Shown here piece after piece: positions 63,421-64,000 of a DNA stretch of 64,000 bases (position 1 is the stretch's first letter; each line of letters begins with the position of its first letter). This DNA comes from Eledone cirrhosa. Taxonomy: Eukaryota. The notes under the pieces were generated by a model, which made no database searches, was not told where the DNA came from, and worked only from the letters and a program-made list of their open reading frames with translations. Both the position numbers and the translations under genes were made by a program. The DNA is taken from contig OZ024741.1 of the NCBI GenBank assembly GCA_964016885.1, forward strand, positions 249,674,001 to 249,738,000, written 5' to 3'.

Positions 63421-64000
63421 GGGGAGATAATTTGTAAAAAAATCAGGGCGAGATAATTTGTAAAAAAAAATCAGGGGAGATAATTTGTAAAAAAAATCAG
63501 GGGGAGATAATTTGTAAAAAAAAATCAGGGGTAGATAATTTGTAAAAAAAAATCAGGGGGAGATAATTTGTAAAAAAAAAATCAGGGGGAGATAATTTGT
63601 AAAAAAATCAAGGGGAGATAATTTCCAGCCGTCCAAGGGGAGATAATTTTCAGCCGTCCAAGGAGGTAATTTCTAGCCGTCCAAGGGGAGATAATTTCCA
63701 GCCGTCCAAGGGGAGATAATTTTTTTAAAAAAATCAGGCGGAGATAATTTGTAAACAAAAATCAGGGGGAGATAATTTGTAAAAAAAAATCAGGGGGAGA
63801 TAATTTGTAAAAAAAAATCAGGGGGAGATAATTTGTAAAAAAAATCAAGGGGAGATAATTTCCAGCCGTCCAAGGGGAGGTAATATCTAGCCATCCAAGG
63901 GCAGATAATTTCCAGCCGTCCAAGGGGAGATAATTTCCAGCCGTCCAAGGGGAGATAATATCCAGCCGTCCAAGGAGACATATTTTCCAGCCGTCCAAGG

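Larger units (their letters stand above)
1..64000 (+). repeat. Complex satellite DNA array of two related 25-29 bp monomer families with higher-order organisation; runs off both window ends
   Basis: Every line consists of variants of GGGGGAGATAATTTGT(A)7-10TCA or GGGGAGATAATTTCCAGCCGTCCAA. All copies are in the same orientation and I saw no unique sequence. Confidence 0.99.

Noticed and set aside
21-63998. About 200 minus-strand ORFs (61-269 aa) with TNYLPLIFF, KLSPLG and IISPW repeats
   Set aside because: They are translations of the 27-bp and 25-bp monomers in overlapping frames, mostly starting at TTG. They shift frame or stop wherever an A-run changes length and show no recognisable domain. 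The + strand is closed by TAA in nearly every monomer, which explains the strand bias.
1-64000. CRISPR-like pattern of constant repeat plus variable spacer
   Set aside because: The constant part is only about 13 bp and the 'spacers' are 12-16 bp from just two families, reused thousands of times. There are no unique spacers, leader or cas genes.
1-64000. Canonical G-quadruplex array from repeated G4-G5 runs
   Set aside because: The G-runs are about 21-24 nt apart, far beyond the usual 1-7 nt loops, so stable intramolecular G4 is not supported without experiment.
1-64000. GATAAT (Fur-box hexamer or -10-like) and GGAG (Shine-Dalgarno-like) motifs
   Set aside because: There is one hexamer per monomer without the 19-bp Fur architecture, and no downstream genes. 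These are chance matches within the repeat core.
1-64000. Sequencing or assembly artefact as the explanation for the whole array
   Set aside because: Position-specific homopolymer lengths and paired private variants with discrete indels between distant copies fit real duplication history. Individual copy numbers still need read validation.
1-64000. Transposon, MITE or Helitron insertion
   Set aside because: I saw no terminal inverted repeats, LTRs, target-site duplications, orientation switch or non-satellite sequence.

Overview
The whole 64-kb window is one head-to-tail, single-orientation complex satellite array. I found no credible gene, RNA gene, transposon or CRISPR array. Roughly 2,400 monomers (estimated from mean monomer length) share the core (A)GGGGAGATAATTT and fall into two families. 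Type A is GGGGGAGATAATTTGT-A(7-10)-TCA (26-29 bp, about 30% GC). Type B is GGGGAGATAATTTCCAGCCGTCCAA (25 bp, about 52% GC). B monomers form stereotyped cassettes (here called X, Y, Z, Y', V and W), separated by runs of A monomers whose poly-A lengths follow a reproducible order. These build a canonical 48-monomer higher-order repeat (HOR) of about 1,258 bp. The HOR has been reshuffled by nested duplications with offsets of about 0.2, 0.6, 2.2, 2.8, 2.9, 3.6, 14 and 40.3 kb, most traceable by private variants. All listed ORFs are translation artefacts of the repeat. The organism and function (centromeric, pericentromeric or subtelomeric) cannot be determined from this window.
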